Below are positions 25,702 to 39,281 of a stretch of DNA of 64,000 nt, piece by piece. The position numbers were made by a program, and so were the translations under genes. This DNA comes from Octopus bimaculoides (taxonomy: Eukaryota), in the NCBI RefSeq assembly GCF_001194135.2, contig NC_068997.1:4248440-4312439 (forward strand), read 5' to 3'. The notes beneath the pieces are model-generated. The model did no database searches. It saw only the letters and a list, made by a program, of their open reading frames with translations, and was not told where the DNA came from. Each line of letters opens with the position of its first letter. Position 1 is the stretch's first letter.

Positions 25702-26961
25702 ATTGTTATGTATGTATGTATGTATGTTTGTATGTTTGTATGTATGTATGTATGTATTATGTATGTATGGAAATAAATGAAATAAATATGAGTTAATGAC
25801 TTCCTGCCGAAAAATTCTTGGATATGCTGAAAAAAATGTGACAGTTGGATTTCTTCATATGAAAACGAAATGACATGGAGAGATTTAGATTTAACATTAG
25901 TATTTTTAATATTTGTTCTCTAATTTCATAATATTTACTTGCATTTGTCTGGGTAGGGATAGCTTGTAGGGTGGAGGTACCCAAAAATGTTTATTTCATT
26001 TTTTCTGTTTTGTTTTGCTATGTTTTTTACCTTTTGTTCCTTAATTTTCAATATTGGCAAATCGTATATTTCAATATCGGAATGATATGGAAGTGTCAAG
26101 GTTTAGCGGTGGTGGATCATTTCATTCTACCATAACCGTTTCCTTGGAATCACAATTTGAAATGTCAGCAGCTTACAGATTTCCACCATAACAAGCATAA
26201 GAGAATATTTGGGATTTCTTTTAATATGTTTTTTTTTTGTCGCTTTTCTCCGGAAACCTGTAAAAAGTGTTCCTCTGCACCTTGTCTTTATTATCGAATG
26301 AAAGCAGTTCATTCTTAATTTTTCTTCTTTTTTTCCATTTTACCGAATTCCGAGAAAGTATTGTTAAGTTAAGAAATTAGATCTTTTGTTATAAAATCAC
26401 CAACTGTCATGGAAAGCGGGGGAAGTAAATAGAATCTTCAGTAAATAGTTCTTCTCCATTTTCTCGTATTCTAAATAAAACGCTTTCAATAGGCGATTCG
26501 CTATCGTTTCTTATACCAGAATATAACCCTGTTTCACTACTTTCCTAGCAACTACAAGCAATACTGGCGAAAAAGAAGGCGATTATTCGCAGATATTATC
26601 GAAATTCTCGTCTTTTCAGCCAGCGAAATTGCAATCTCAGCCTGTCCATTTGAACAAAGCAAACAAGACGAAGCCTCGTCGTGGTGTAAAAGTGAACAAT
26701 ATCGTGATTAAAGTCTTTTTTATTCGGCAATACGTCACCGTTCTGGTTTCTGACACATATCTCATATATCATGAATTGACTTTCATTCACATTGACGATT
26801 CATCAGATTGGATATATGACGTAAATCAGCCAGTCATACCGATAGATTGCCAGCCACGCCGAACGTCAGACGCCATAGATTTTGCGCTCCTAGGTTAGAA
26901 ACCGATTACTGTAAAGAAAATTATTACGGATTAACAATAATAATAATAATAATAATAATGA

Positions 26962-27385
26962 TAATGCCCTGATGCAATATCAGGCAGTGGCTCTCATGGC
27001 TTCTCATCTTAACTGATTGGGAGTGTTATCATGTACATGTTTTGTCATGGTATAAAACATGGGCTACAGCAAATATTCTGCTTAATACCACAGATTTGCT
27101 TGTCAGTTGTTTGACCTTAACCAGTTGAGCATGTCCCTTAGTGGCTGACGATATGTGCATTTCTGATCACGAGCAGAAGTCGTGGGGGAGCATCATAGTC
27201 ATGTGTTGAGAGGAATTCTTTGGGGTTTGGATAATTCACCTTTGAAAGCATGGGTATTTCGTTCGACATCCTCAAACAACCTTTATTCAAGGACATTTTG
27301 AGTGGGATGGGCTACATGACCTGAAGAAAATTCTAACTGGGCCCCACCTGCGAGGTCATGCGCTCTTTATCTTGATATAAGACCA
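26962..27385 (-). mobile_element. Unclassified retroposon X with (TTA)n tail
   Basis: The same sequence (gcagtggctctcatggcttct.atctta...gggggagcatcatag.catgtgttg) recurs at 42480-42730 and, reversed, at 50640-50782; always ends in a TTA tract. Confidence 0.75.
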
Positions 27386-27820
27386 CTATATACTCTCTCT
27401 CTCTGTCATTATCTCTCTCCCTATCTTTCTGTATGCATGTGTGTGGGTGCGTGTGTAAGAGAGAGAAAGAGCGAAAGAGAGAAAGAGAGAGTAAGCAAGC
27501 ATGCATTTGTTCAATCTAGGTACATACATACAAATACACACGGAAACACAAAACAAACCCACGTACAAGATCACACACATACCCACGTACACACTCACAC
27601 ATGTATTCGTTGGGTGTTTTCGCTTGAGTTTGAGTATGTCGATCTACAATAAATATATAGGCATGCAAGTTTAATCTCTCCTCGGAAACCAAAGATCTAA
27701 AAGATGATTACCTCTTCGTAAGTGGATGAATCATAAATCTATCCGGTAGATAAGCCGTGGTCGGTAGACTAATATGTGTATGTGTGTGTATGCGTGCAGG
27801 AGGGGTGTACACGGGCGTAG

Positions 27821-27866
<46 letters not shown>

Positions 27867-28014
27867 GTGAGAGGGACGCAGAGCAGGAAGGAAAGTGACA
27901 TGCAAAGAAGTGAGTTATATGATATATTGACAGTTATGACATACCTGTCTCAACTAAGCTTAGATAAATATCATCACATCATCATCAACATCACCATCGT
28001 CGTCGTCGTTAATA

Positions 28015-28081
<67 letters not shown>

Positions 28082-28139
28082 CATTACTATCATGATCATC
28101 GTTGTCGTCATCATCAACGTCATCAACATCATTATCATG

Positions 28140-28345
28140 AAAGCGACGAGATGGCAGAAACGTTAGAACGCAGAGCTGTCCTTGGCTGCATCTCATTATT
28201 CTTCATGTTCTGAGATCAAATTCCGCCGAGGTCAACTTTAGCTTTCATCCTTTCGTGGTTGATAACATAAATACCAGTCTAGCTGTAGAGTCACTGTAAT
28301 CGATTTACTCTTCGCCTGAAATTGACCTTGTACCAAAATTTGAAA
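28140..28345 (+). mobile_element. SINE family A copy
   Basis: GGCAGAAACGTTAG head, TCAAATTCCGCCGAGGTCAACTTTAGCTTTCATCC, (TTA)n tail. Confidence 0.75.
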
Positions 28346-28347
28346 CC

Positions 28348-28378
<31 letters not shown>

Positions 28379-28439
28379 GTAGTAGTAGTAGTAGTATTTT
28401 ATGTTTAACTTTTGCTTTGCATTTGTACAAGTTGGCTCC

Positions 28440-29270
28440 AAATCTCACCCAGAGACCTCAAGAGACAACAAGTTAGAAGTTCATGCTGGTGTTATGCCTA
28501 GGGTACCATATATTTGGATTTGTGCATAGTGTTGTTCTATGAACGTTTAAGAAAACATAAGAAAATTATTTGCTTGCTTTAAAATTTGAGATTACATAGA
28601 CAGTATTTTACGTAGGATATTGGCAGTTCCCATGAGTACTATCTTCTGAATTTCTGCCATTTTGGAGTTTCTTGGTATCTGAGCTACGCAGCAATCAGCC
28701 CCTTTAGCTGTCATTCATAGGACACCAATGACAACAGGTATTGTTTTAGTCTTCAGATTCCACATTTTGCTAATTTCTATTTCAAGATCTTTATATTTGC
28801 TCAGTTTTTGGTAGGTCTTGACAGATACGTTTATATCGATTGGGACAGTCATATCAATGAGGAGGCATGATTTTTGTTTGAAGTCTTTCAATATGATGTC
28901 TGGCCTATTTGCATCTATCTTTCTGTGAGATTGAATGGTGAAGTTCCAGTGGAGTGAGATATGATCATTTTCAAGCACTGGAGGTGGTTTATGTTCCCAT
29001 CAGTTTTTATCATGATGCAAGTCCAGGTTTTTGAAAATTACCCAGTGAATATATTGTGCAACTCTATCATGCCTGTTGAGATACTCTGTAGGCGCAAGAA
29101 AACTGCACATGGAGACAACATAATCAATGGTCTCATTTTGTTGTTGACATACACGACATGTTGGGAAGCTGCCGTTCTTTAATATGTTGGCCTGGTAGTT
29201 CCTTGCAGGTAGGCATTGCTCTTGGGCTGCTATGATAAACCATTCTGTTCCTGATTTTAAGCCAGAATCC
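28440..29270 (-). mobile_element. R4/Dong LINE 3' end
   Basis: ORFs 29000-29350 and 28715-28978: CRVC..IDY..C..YLNRHD, RPDIILKD..LLIDMTVP..KYKDLEIEI; nearly colinear with 4750-5480. Confidence 0.88.
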
Positions 29271-29271
29271 C

Positions 29272-29335
<64 letters not shown>

Positions 29336-29489
29336 ATATTCAATAAACATAATATTCTAAAGATTTTAGCTCAGATGATTACTTTCGTATTGTGCTGACA
29401 TTGGCAAACATAAAATAGACCAAGCTATCCATACACACATGTGATTAGAAATACACACTGATACAAATATATTGATACATAGTATATCT

Positions 29490-29587
29490 ATTACCAATTT
29501 ATATGTATGTGTGCGTGTGTGTGCGTGTGCTTGTGTGTGCGGGTATGAGCACGCTCGTCTGTGTGTTTCTGCCTGTATATATATATG

Positions 29588-29650
<63 letters not shown>

Positions 29651-29722
29651 GTGTGTGTGTGCGTGTGTACATATATATATGCATATATACATATGTATAT
29701 ATATATATACATACATACATAC

Positions 29723-29795
<73 letters not shown>

Positions 29796-29933
29796 CATGT
29801 ATGTATGCATGTGTGTATAGTAATACGTGTATATGAGTGAATATTTGCATGATACTTTGTATTATGTGTTATGTAATACCTTTCTCTATCCGTTTGATTT
29901 TATTAGTTCCCTACTACCCTCTCTGCAAACTAT

Positions 29934-30000
<67 letters not shown>
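29490..30000. repeat. Compound (CA)n/(TA)n/(TG)n microsatellite field
   Basis: Direct inspection. Confidence 0.9.
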
Positions 30001-30002
<2 letters not shown>

Positions 30003-30284
30003 AAATGATATTACTATCTGTTTCTAAGCGGTTGCGAGGGGAGAGAAGTTATTGATCACACGCAGTCAACTACTTTCATCCAGAATAGTAGAATAAGAAT
30101 TAAAGAATGAGTATTAACCATATCGAGAACGAAATTCTTTTAATTTCCGTTAAACGAACACTTAATCTCAGTACTTGCAATAACATACACTTTCATTAAC
30201 CTCATATCTATTTCTATTTCACTGTGAGTTTGTGTGTGCATGTGTTTGTGTATGTGTATATATTATTATTATTATTATCATTCT

Positions 30285-30322
<38 letters not shown>

Positions 30323-30444
30323 TAGATAGATATAGATATGGATAGATGATAGATAGATAGATATATTCCTCGTCTCTTTCCATCTCTCTCTTTGACACCG
30401 TTTGTGACCGGACACATCTCTCCCTCTCTGTTTCTACCACAGTT

Positions 30445-30523
<79 letters not shown>

Positions 30524-30941
30524 GTTGCATATGTATATGCATGTATCTATGTATATATATATGGTTTATATGTATATATATATATTTATGTATATGTATA
30601 TAGATTTATACATATATATATATATGTATATCTATATTTATAAATATACCTACACATATATGTATGTGTGTGCGCGCGTGTGTATGTGTTTGCTTGTGTG
30701 CATCTGCTCGCGTGTATCTACGTATATCAATTACCGATCTGGTTAGGTTTATATTAACGAAATAATCGAACTAAGCTTTAATATTTAATAATATTTCATA
30801 TTTAACCAAAACTAGCAAAATCAAACTATAAATGCCCCTTTGAACAAAATATGAGGTGGCTTTACGATGTTTACACATTTGCGAAATGTTGAAGAAATAA
30901 GGAAGATTATGCATTCATGAATACAAATGCAAACATTATGT

Positions 30942-31012
<71 letters not shown>

Positions 31013-31291
31013 TGTGTGTGTATAAACACATAGATGTGTATGTATACATACACACAAATATATAGATGAGTATATATATATGTTTAAAAAGACAAAGGTT
31101 TACGTCTTCATTTGTTGTGAGAATTAGAAGGCATTAAATTCTATTCATCATGGCGGATCTACACCAGTTCTCTCTTCTTCCGTCTATCTGGTCCTCGTGT
31201 AGTTTTGGTCTGTCTTGCAGCAACAGCTCTTGTTATTCTCAGGCAGGCTGTTTTACTGCTCTCTTTTTTCCAGCTTCCGTGCCATTATAAC

Positions 31292-31376
31292 CTTGGCTTC
31301 TCGATTGACTGGCAGACAACATATCCTCTGCCACCCGGAACTGATGCCCTGCCAAGATCTTTTGCAGCAGCCTGGA
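31292..31376 (-). CDS. Candidate exon (QAAAKDLGRASVPGGRGYVVCQSIEKP)
   Basis: Acceptor gaatctag|, weak donor AAG|gttata; phase 1 to 2. Confidence 0.25.
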
Positions 31377-32519
31377 CTAGATTCACAGGATTTTCTTATG
31401 TCGTAATTCTACTTCATAAATGACTTGTAAGGTTTCCTATAGGCAACGTAGCTGGAAAGTATGGAGCGTCTTATACCTTCACTGATATTTTCTATGCTCT
31501 AACAGCTTAAAGAATTCTTGGCAGCACTTCTGCTCTTTATTGCCAGATCACTATCCTGGTCATGACTCGTTGTATAGAACAGATTTAGATTCACAATACA
31601 CATCAAGAATATGCGTGTTAGGAATCTGACCCTGAAATATGGTTCGTCCTTCGGAATTACTTCCGTTCGCATCCCTTCCTAAGCATCCGTCACAACTGGC
31701 CAGAAGGTGTACACAAAATTTACTAAGTTGCAACTACGACGAAATAAGTATTTGTCGCATTAGCGATTACTTCTGGGGCGACTACATTTCTGAAGTATAT
31801 TGTTTTTAACAGTATATGTCTTGAAAATTAGTTTCCCCGGATGAAAATCCACTGCATTTGGCGTTTAAATAGCGCACCTAACTTATGTAGCATTGATATT
31901 ATTTTCATTACAGAGCTCCTTCTAATGCATAATTTGAATATATAAGATTGTGTATATGTATACACACACATGTACACAAAAACACACACCCACACATACG
32001 CACAAACGCGCGCACACCCACACACGCACATACACAGACATACACACTCACACACACACTAATATACAGAGTTAAACACAATATCTGCATCTATCGTCAT
32101 ATTGTTTCTCTTATTTAATCATATGCACGTATGTGTCTGCTTGAATATACATATTTGTATGTGTGTATACATGTTTCAACATGTGAACTCATATACCAAA
32201 ATTAAATAGTTATGTCGGCAGATAGAAATATAGATAATATATTTGTTCATCCATATTATTAATGTACAGCATAAGTATATAGCTACAGATGTAAACTGTT
32301 ACATAGCAGGAAAGCTCTGTAACTAGGAGAATATATATCTATATCTGTATGTATGTGTACATAAGCACGCGCGTGGGTGCGCCTGGGCGCGTGTGCTGGT
32401 GTGTGTGTGTGTGCGCGCGCATGTGTATGTGTGTGTGTCTATATGTGCTCAGGCACGTGGATGAGCGTGTGAGCGCATTCAAATGTCTATCGGTGTATGT
32501 ATATATATATATATTTATT

Positions 32520-32600
<81 letters not shown>

Positions 32601-32938
32601 NNNNNNNNNNNNNNNNNNNNNNNNNNNNNNNNNNNNNNNNNNNNNNNNNNNNNNNNNNNNNNNNNNNNNNNNNNNNNNNNNNNNNNNNNNNNNNNNNNNN
32701 NNNNNNNNNNNNNNNNNNNNNNNNNNNNNNNNNNNNNNNNNNNNNNNNNNNNNNNNNNNNNNNNNNNNNNNNNNNNNNNNNNNNNNNNNNNNNNNNNNNN
32801 NNNNNNNNNNNNNNNNNNNNNNNNNNNNNNNNNNNNNNNNNNNNNNNNNNNNNNNNNNNNNNNNNNNNNNNNNNNNNNNNNNNNNNNNNNNNNNNNNNNN
32901 NNNNNNNNNNNNNNNNNNNNNNNNNNNNNNNNNNNNNN

Positions 32939-32971
<33 letters not shown>

Positions 32972-33078
32972 ATGTATGTATGTGTATTGCGCTCGTGCAT
33001 GCCTGAGATGTTTGCATGTATATTTAGATAGATAGATACATACATACATACATACATACATACATACATAAATACATG

Positions 33079-33137
<59 letters not shown>

Positions 33138-33238
33138 GATAAACTAATTAGAAACTTGGGTAACCTCACAGCATATGCTTTTAACTGACAACATTATCAT
33201 TGTCCTACTGTGACAAGTAAATACTGTGGATAATCTAC

Positions 33239-33337
33239 CGGACTTTTCTTTCTCTCGCTGTGCTTGGTGGTGGATTAAATCTGTCTGATTAGTTTCAGAG
33301 TTTATTATCGCTTCATCACAGATCGATTGCACATTTC
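33239..33337 (-). CDS. Candidate exon (NVQSICDEAIINSETNQTDLIHHQAQREKEKS)
   Basis: Acceptor attgtcag|, donor CCG|gtagat; 99 nt symmetric phase 1. Confidence 0.28.
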
Positions 33338-33904
33338 CTGACAATATTAGCTTTTAGCCATTTTAAAGACACGCAAAATCTGACAGAAACTAATTGGTTT
33401 GTTTAATTTGCATAACAGCGCAACCTTTGGATGCGTAGATTAATTATTTCAATAATATCAAAATTATACACACCGTGTTGCCCCTAATTTTTCTATCATT
33501 ATATTACGTTTCTCTTAATTAATTCGTTTTCACTACACTTTCACTGTTATGCTAATGAGACAAACCCATATAGCTCTGTCAGTGATTGTGTGTATACTAT
33601 ATATAACTCTATAACAATGTTTTACATCTGGTCAGAAAGCTAACAGCCGATCTCTGATGAGGCAGTAATAAACTCTGAATCTATTTCAATTTATTTGCTA
33701 CTTTATTCAGAGTCCTGAAGTTAATCCATGAGGTTTTAACTTTCCTAGAAAGGGGAAAATGTGTGCTTTAAAAAAACAAGCTCCAAAGAGTTAGCTCTAC
33801 ATTCTTAATCATCATATTACCATAACATGCTAACTGTGAAAGTGCATGGATATCAGTGAGGATTTGATACACTGAATTACTTACTCAGTAAATTAGCGGC
33901 AGGG

Positions 33905-33975
33905 CATTTAACATGTACTCTTAACGTGTACTCTAAATGTGTACCCTAAACATGTACCCTAAACGTGTACTCTTA
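33905..33975. repeat. About five imperfect 14-bp tandem units (taaacgtgtacyct-like)
   Basis: Direct inspection; the unit resembles cacgtgtacccttaac of the retroposon at 38985-39281. Confidence 0.75.
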
Positions 33976-34932
33976 TAATGGATGACAGAGTACTTCCAAG
34001 TTCAGTTCCTGTAACTTGAGCAGCGTTCTTTGTGCAGCATGTGGTCGAGCATTGTCTTGCAAGAGAATTGGTCTGTCTCTATTGACCAATCTCAGGTGTT
34101 TAATTGCAAGTTCACTCATCATTTCATCCAATTGATTGATGTATACATCCGCTGTAATTGACTTACCAGGTCTCATGAAGCTGTAGTGGATGACAGACAC
34201 CATTAGCTTTTTTTGGTGAATGTTCTTTCTTGGATTGTGATTTGGGACTTCGTCTCAATCCAACCACCGTGAAGAACGTTTGCTATTGTTGAAAAGAATC
34301 CATTTTTTATGACACGTAACATTACGATGCATAAATGGTTCGCTTCTTATGCCGTGACAGCAAAGAACAGCAAGTTACATGAGGATGTGTCATTTTATGC
34401 TCGTTCAGTTCATGCGGTACCCTCTTATACAGCTTCTTTTCCTTGCCGATTTGTTTCAGATGGTCCAATACAGTTGGAATCGCAACATCAAACCTTGCTG
34501 ATAACTCACGCGTAGTTTGAGATGTATCTACTTCGACTACAGTTTCGGGCTCATCAACATCCACCTTGGTCTCAGGTCTACCACAGGACTGATTCTCAAG
34601 TGTAAAGTCACCAGACTGGAACTTCCCAGATGTACAGTGCGCTCATTGGCCACATCTTCACCAAACACTTCATTGATGTTTCGAGCTGTCTGGAATGCAT
34701 TGGTTCCACGACGAAACTCATATTCATAAACAACACAAATTTTTAATTTCGCAAAAATTGATTTACAAGAGAAAACTTACAATATAATTCCACACCATTA
34801 TTGCATTTCGAAAAGTGATGGTGTAACTCTTCAGTCTTGTAAAACAAAGAATTGTCAGGATAAAACATTAGAGTTAACGACTGTCAAACTTGGTGCATAT
34901 GAAAATCGGCCATTTCATTCTTAATGACCTGG
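33970..34932 (-). mobile_element. mariner (DD34D-type) transposon, 3'-truncated, degenerate
   Basis: TTRELSARFDVAIPTVLDHLKQIGK.KKL...VPHELNE (34322-34564); INQLDEM...ILLQDNARPH...LQELNLEVLCHP (33973-34203); TIR-like end ...ttcttaatgacctgg followed by TA at 34933. Confidence 0.85.
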
Positions 34933-35059
34933 TATATATATATATATATATATATACAGAAACCATCCTTAAACTCATTCCAATACAATGGTAAAAGACT
35001 ATTAAATGAATGGTGAATAGGAAGGGGGACACCCCTTCTCTCTCTCTCTCTCCCTCTAC

Positions 35060-35290
35060 CTATCTTATTTCTTTACTGCCCACAAGGGGCTACACACAGA
35101 GGGGCAAACAAGGACAAACAAACGGATTAAGTCGATTATATCGACCCTAGTGCGTAACTGGTACTTATTTAATCGATCCCGAAAGGAGGAAAGGCAAAGT
35201 CGACCCCGGCGGAATTTGAAATCGGAACGTAGCGCCAGACGAAATATCGCTAAGCATTTCGCTCGGCGTGCTATCGTTTATACCAGTTCC
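35060..35290 (-). mobile_element. SINE family A copy
   Basis: Full-length reverse match to the copy at 51406-51640. Confidence 0.82.
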
Positions 35291-35328
35291 CTCTACCTAT
35301 CTGTCTATCTGTCTTACTATCTATCTAT

Positions 35329-35362
<34 letters not shown>

Positions 35363-35803
35363 CTGTATATATATATATATATATATATATCTCCATCCAT
35401 CCATCCATCCATCCATACATCTATCTATATATCAACCAATCTTACCTACCTATATTTCTATTTATCCATCTCCATTGTCATCGAACCTCACCCAAAAGAA
35501 CAAAAACAATGTTCTCTTCTAAACAAAACCCCCCAAAAACTTTTGTTCTATATAAATAAACAAGCTGTTTATACATTCACAAAATATTATTTGACAAGTT
35601 CGAGAAAGGAAAGAAAGCGTTAGTAATAATAAAGAAATAAAAAGATTTTTTATCCAAAATCCTGACTACTTTTTTTCGTTNNNNNNNNNNNNNNNNNNNN
35701 NNNNNNNNNNNNNNNNNNNNNNNNNNNNNNNNNNNNNNNNNNNNNNNNNNNNNNNNNNNNNNNNNNNNNNNNNNNNNNNNNNNNNNNNNNNNNNNNNNNN
35801 NNN

Positions 35804-35840
<37 letters not shown>

Positions 35841-36192
35841 GTATATATGAATTATTTCTAAGCATGAATTATATATAGACACATATATTTGTATATCTAT
35901 TACACATATACTATTTATTAATTAATTAAATTTTGGCAACTCTATATAAGTACTATCAGAATGAATATATAGAACCATAAAATCATAAAAATTCTAAGTA
36001 GAACCAAAATATTTGAATAAATCAATTTTGTCTTTAAGATACTTGGAAATATAAAGGTTTCCTTTTTAATTTGTTATGAAATAACATAACATGACATTCT
36101 GATATTGGCTGGTAATGAATTCAAGGATCGTGGAATGACATACTAAGATTCTATGGTTTAAAGAATACACGAGCTAAACTTAAAAATGAAAC

Positions 36193-36254
36193 TTTAAAGT
36201 CTCGTTCATATATTTAAAGTCTCGTTCATATATTTAAAGTCTCGTTCATATATT
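36193..36254. repeat. 20-bp tandem repeat x3 (tttaaagtctcgttcatata)
   Basis: Exact 20-nt period. Confidence 0.9.
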
Positions 36255-36598
36255 TTGGTGCAGCGCCAAGCAGACGATTATGGAGAAAAATACATATTTT
36301 GGAATTTATGGGAAAAATAGATTGATAATCAATTAGCGGTCAATTAATGTCAGTGTTATGTGTTCACATCTGTTTGGTCTTTTATCAAAGCAAACACAAA
36401 TATTTGGAATGGTTCTGGAGCTATTTCGGTTTAGTTTTGTTAATTGCAATCAAAATATCATTACAATAAGCCACATTGCAAACGATAAAACATAGCAATC
36501 AGATGTTTTCATTCGGAACTGACTAAATCCTATGTAGACAATTCATGTCGCATAAGCATTTCTGGTGAATATTTCTGAGATCATCAAAGTTCAAGTAC

Positions 36599-36665
36599 CT
36601 GATCTGTAGAATGTCAACCACCACATATTTTTCCTGCTCGTGAGAAACTTATATAAAATACAAAT
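36599..36665 (-). CDS. Candidate exon (ICILYKFLTSRKNMWWLTFYRS)
   Basis: Acceptor cctactttacag|, donor CAG|gtactt; phase 0 to 1. Confidence 0.3.
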
Positions 36666-37364
36666 CTGTAAAGTAGGTATTGTCATTGTATTTATATTAT
36701 AACTCAAACCAGACAAGAACACTTTAGGTTTTGCGTATTTTTCCAATTTGTTGGATGTGAACCAGTCTAGCATGCGTTACGTGTGTGTGGATGTGTCTGT
36801 TTGTCTGTCTATCTGTCTGTCTGTCTGAATGCATGTATGTATGTATGTATGTATGTATGTATGCATGTACGCATGTATATGTTTGTGTCAAGTCACCTTC
36901 AGTCACTAAGTCACCAAGATTGCTTGGTAATGACAGTGGTTTAGTTGGACACTCTGCAGGATGGAAAACGAAATCCGTCAAAGTGTGGATTCATTCAGTA
37001 GATTTAAAAGATATACAACAGCTGAGAAAGAGAGAGAGGGAGAGAGAGAGAGAGAGAGAGAGACCCATAGACTTTGTTTAGAAATTTCTCTAGGAGGAAA
37101 ACTTTGATGCAATACCTTCAATTTTTTTTCCAGTCAATGATGTAGACCAGTTCGTTTTAGGCAAATGCGTAGGTCGTGCTGATAGCAGAATTGGCCCAGT
37201 GCAAAACCTTTCCTCACTTTAAAAGGCTTGGGCCACTGACACCGCGTCGCTTTGAACATTTCTTCTGTGTTGCATAAGAGAAAATAAGACACAGGTTTTA
37301 AACACAAAGGGATTTATTCAGTCAATGATATTATTGCTGTTTCCTTTCAATATCTTGAGCCATC

Positions 37365-37762
37365 TTAAGGTAGCGAGCTGGTAGAAACGTTAGCACGCCG
37401 GGTGAAATGCTTAGCGGTATTTCGTTTGCCGCTATGTTCTGAGTTCAAATTCCACCGAGGTCGACTTTGCCTTTCATCCTTTCTCGGTCGATTAAATTGC
37501 GGTCTGGCATTGTCATGGTGGAAGCCAGCACTTTTATGATTAGAAAGTGCAGGATGTTTTTGGTGGGTTAATGCGTTGTGTCCTTGAGCAAGACACTTCA
37601 TTTCACGTTGCTCCGGTGGAGTCAACTGGCATAAGTGAGTAGTACCTCTATTTCAAAGGGACAGCCTTGTCATATTGTGTATCACGCTGGATCTCCCTGA
37701 GAACCAAAGCCTTGTGAGTGGATTTGGTAGACGGAAACTGAAAGAAGCCCGTCGTACATATG

Positions 37763-37821
<59 letters not shown>

Positions 37822-38045
37822 ATGTGTTTATGTTTCTCTGTTTGTCCCCCAACAACGCTTGACAACCGATGCTGGTGTGTTTACGTCCCCGTAACATAGC
37901 AGTTCGACAAAAAGAGACTGATAGAATAAGTACTAGGCTTACAAAGAATAAGTCCTAGAGTGTATTTGCTTGACTAAAGGCGGTACTCCAGCATGGCCAC
38001 AGTCAAATGACTGAAACAAGTAAAAGAGCAAGAGTAAAAGAGTAT
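37365..38045 (+). mobile_element. Composite SINE patch: family A head (37365-37500), short mariner scrap, CORE-like SINE fragment (37575-37700), family B body with internal (TG)n (37705-38045)
   Basis: Motif matches to the other copies in the window; GTGTCCTTGAGCAAGACACTT CORE-like motif. Confidence 0.7.
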
Positions 38046-38365
38046 GTATGTAAGTATGTGGTGGGTGGGTGATTGGGTGAATGTGTGTTTGCCTGTGTAG
38101 ACATGCAAGAGTGAATGTCTAAGAAGTCGCTTTGTCAAATTTGTTTTTATTAGCGTTTCTGTTTTTGTCTTTTTTTACTGGATATACTTAAAATGTGTAC
38201 GTGAGTACGTATGTTTGCGCACGCGTATTTTTATGTGTATGTATGTATGTGTGTGTGTATGTGTGTGTACGTGTGTTAATTTCTTACTCGTCCTACAGAA
38301 TCTACACCTAGTTTACTCAAGCTGCACTACGTCTTTCACTCCAACTTTAACCTAACAAATACTCG

Positions 38366-38455
38366 CATTGTTATACATTTTCTTCTCATTGTTATACATT
38401 TTCTTCTTAATTTCTTTAACCATTGAAATATATTTCAATGGTTAAAGAAATTAAG
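38366..38455. repeat. 21-bp direct repeat x2 followed by a perfect 50-bp palindrome (38406-38455)
   Basis: cttaatttctttaaccattgaaata|tatttcaatggttaaagaaattaag is its own reverse complement. Confidence 0.92.
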
Positions 38456-38984
38456 TTGTATAGTTTTGCAGTCGCTTCTTTTGTGTGTATTTTTCCCCCT
38501 TTCTTCTTGATTTTTTTATGCTTCTTTTACCTGTATTGTTTTGTTTTTGGGTGGGGGGGTGTTTTTCTTTTTTCTTGAGATATTTCTGATAACTTTGTGT
38601 GAATGTGTAAGGATCGGTTAATTCTGATACAATGAGTCGTGAAAATTCTTTAAACATAAAGAAAAAAATTCAATGCAATTTGCTTGAATTCATTTGTTTA
38701 AGTGAGGCAGGCGAGACAATAACTACAAATGTACCACGGCTTGCTATCTATCCTTGATATTGTCAACGCGACAAATGACCGAATTACTAAATACGTCATA
38801 CACAAACTCACACAATGTGATCGAGCTAGGAAGACACATAATTCTAAATTACTTCAGTTCACTTGGCTATGTGGCAGGATGGTTACAGCTGTCGTTGTTG
38901 TTGTTGTTGTTGTTGTTGACGACGACGACGACGACGATGATGATGATGATGACGGCGATAATGGTCATTAAATGTGTATGTGTA

Positions 38985-39281
38985 TGTGTTGTTTGTTTGT
39001 TGGCCCTCCGTCGCTTACGACGACGAGGGTTCCAGTTGATCCGATCAACGGAACAGCCTGCTCGTGAAATTAACGTGCAAGTGGCTGAGCACTCCACAGA
39101 CACGTGTACCCTTAACATAGTTCTCGGGGATATTCAGCATGACACAGTGTGACAAGGCTGACCCTTTGAATTACAGGCACAACAGAAACAGGAAGTAAGA
39201 GTGAGAGAAAGTTGTGGTGAAAGAGTACAGCAGGGTTCGCCACCATCTCCTGCCGGAGCCTCGTGGAGCTTTAGGTGTTTT
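38985..39281 (-). mobile_element. SINE-like retroposon 3' part
   Basis: Shares caaagggtcagccttgtcacactgtgtcatgctgaatatccccgagaac with 37650-37700; 3' end ...ggaaccctcgtcgtcgtaagcgacgg plus (AAAC)n; truncated by an N gap. Confidence 0.6.

Noticed and set aside
26620-26900. - strand frame readable if TGA = Trp (organellar or bacterial insert)
   Set aside because: TAA stops also interrupt the frame and no mitochondrial gene motif was seen
36193-36254. Short direct repeats as a CRISPR-like array
   Set aside because: Head-to-tail units with no spacers, in a eukaryotic context
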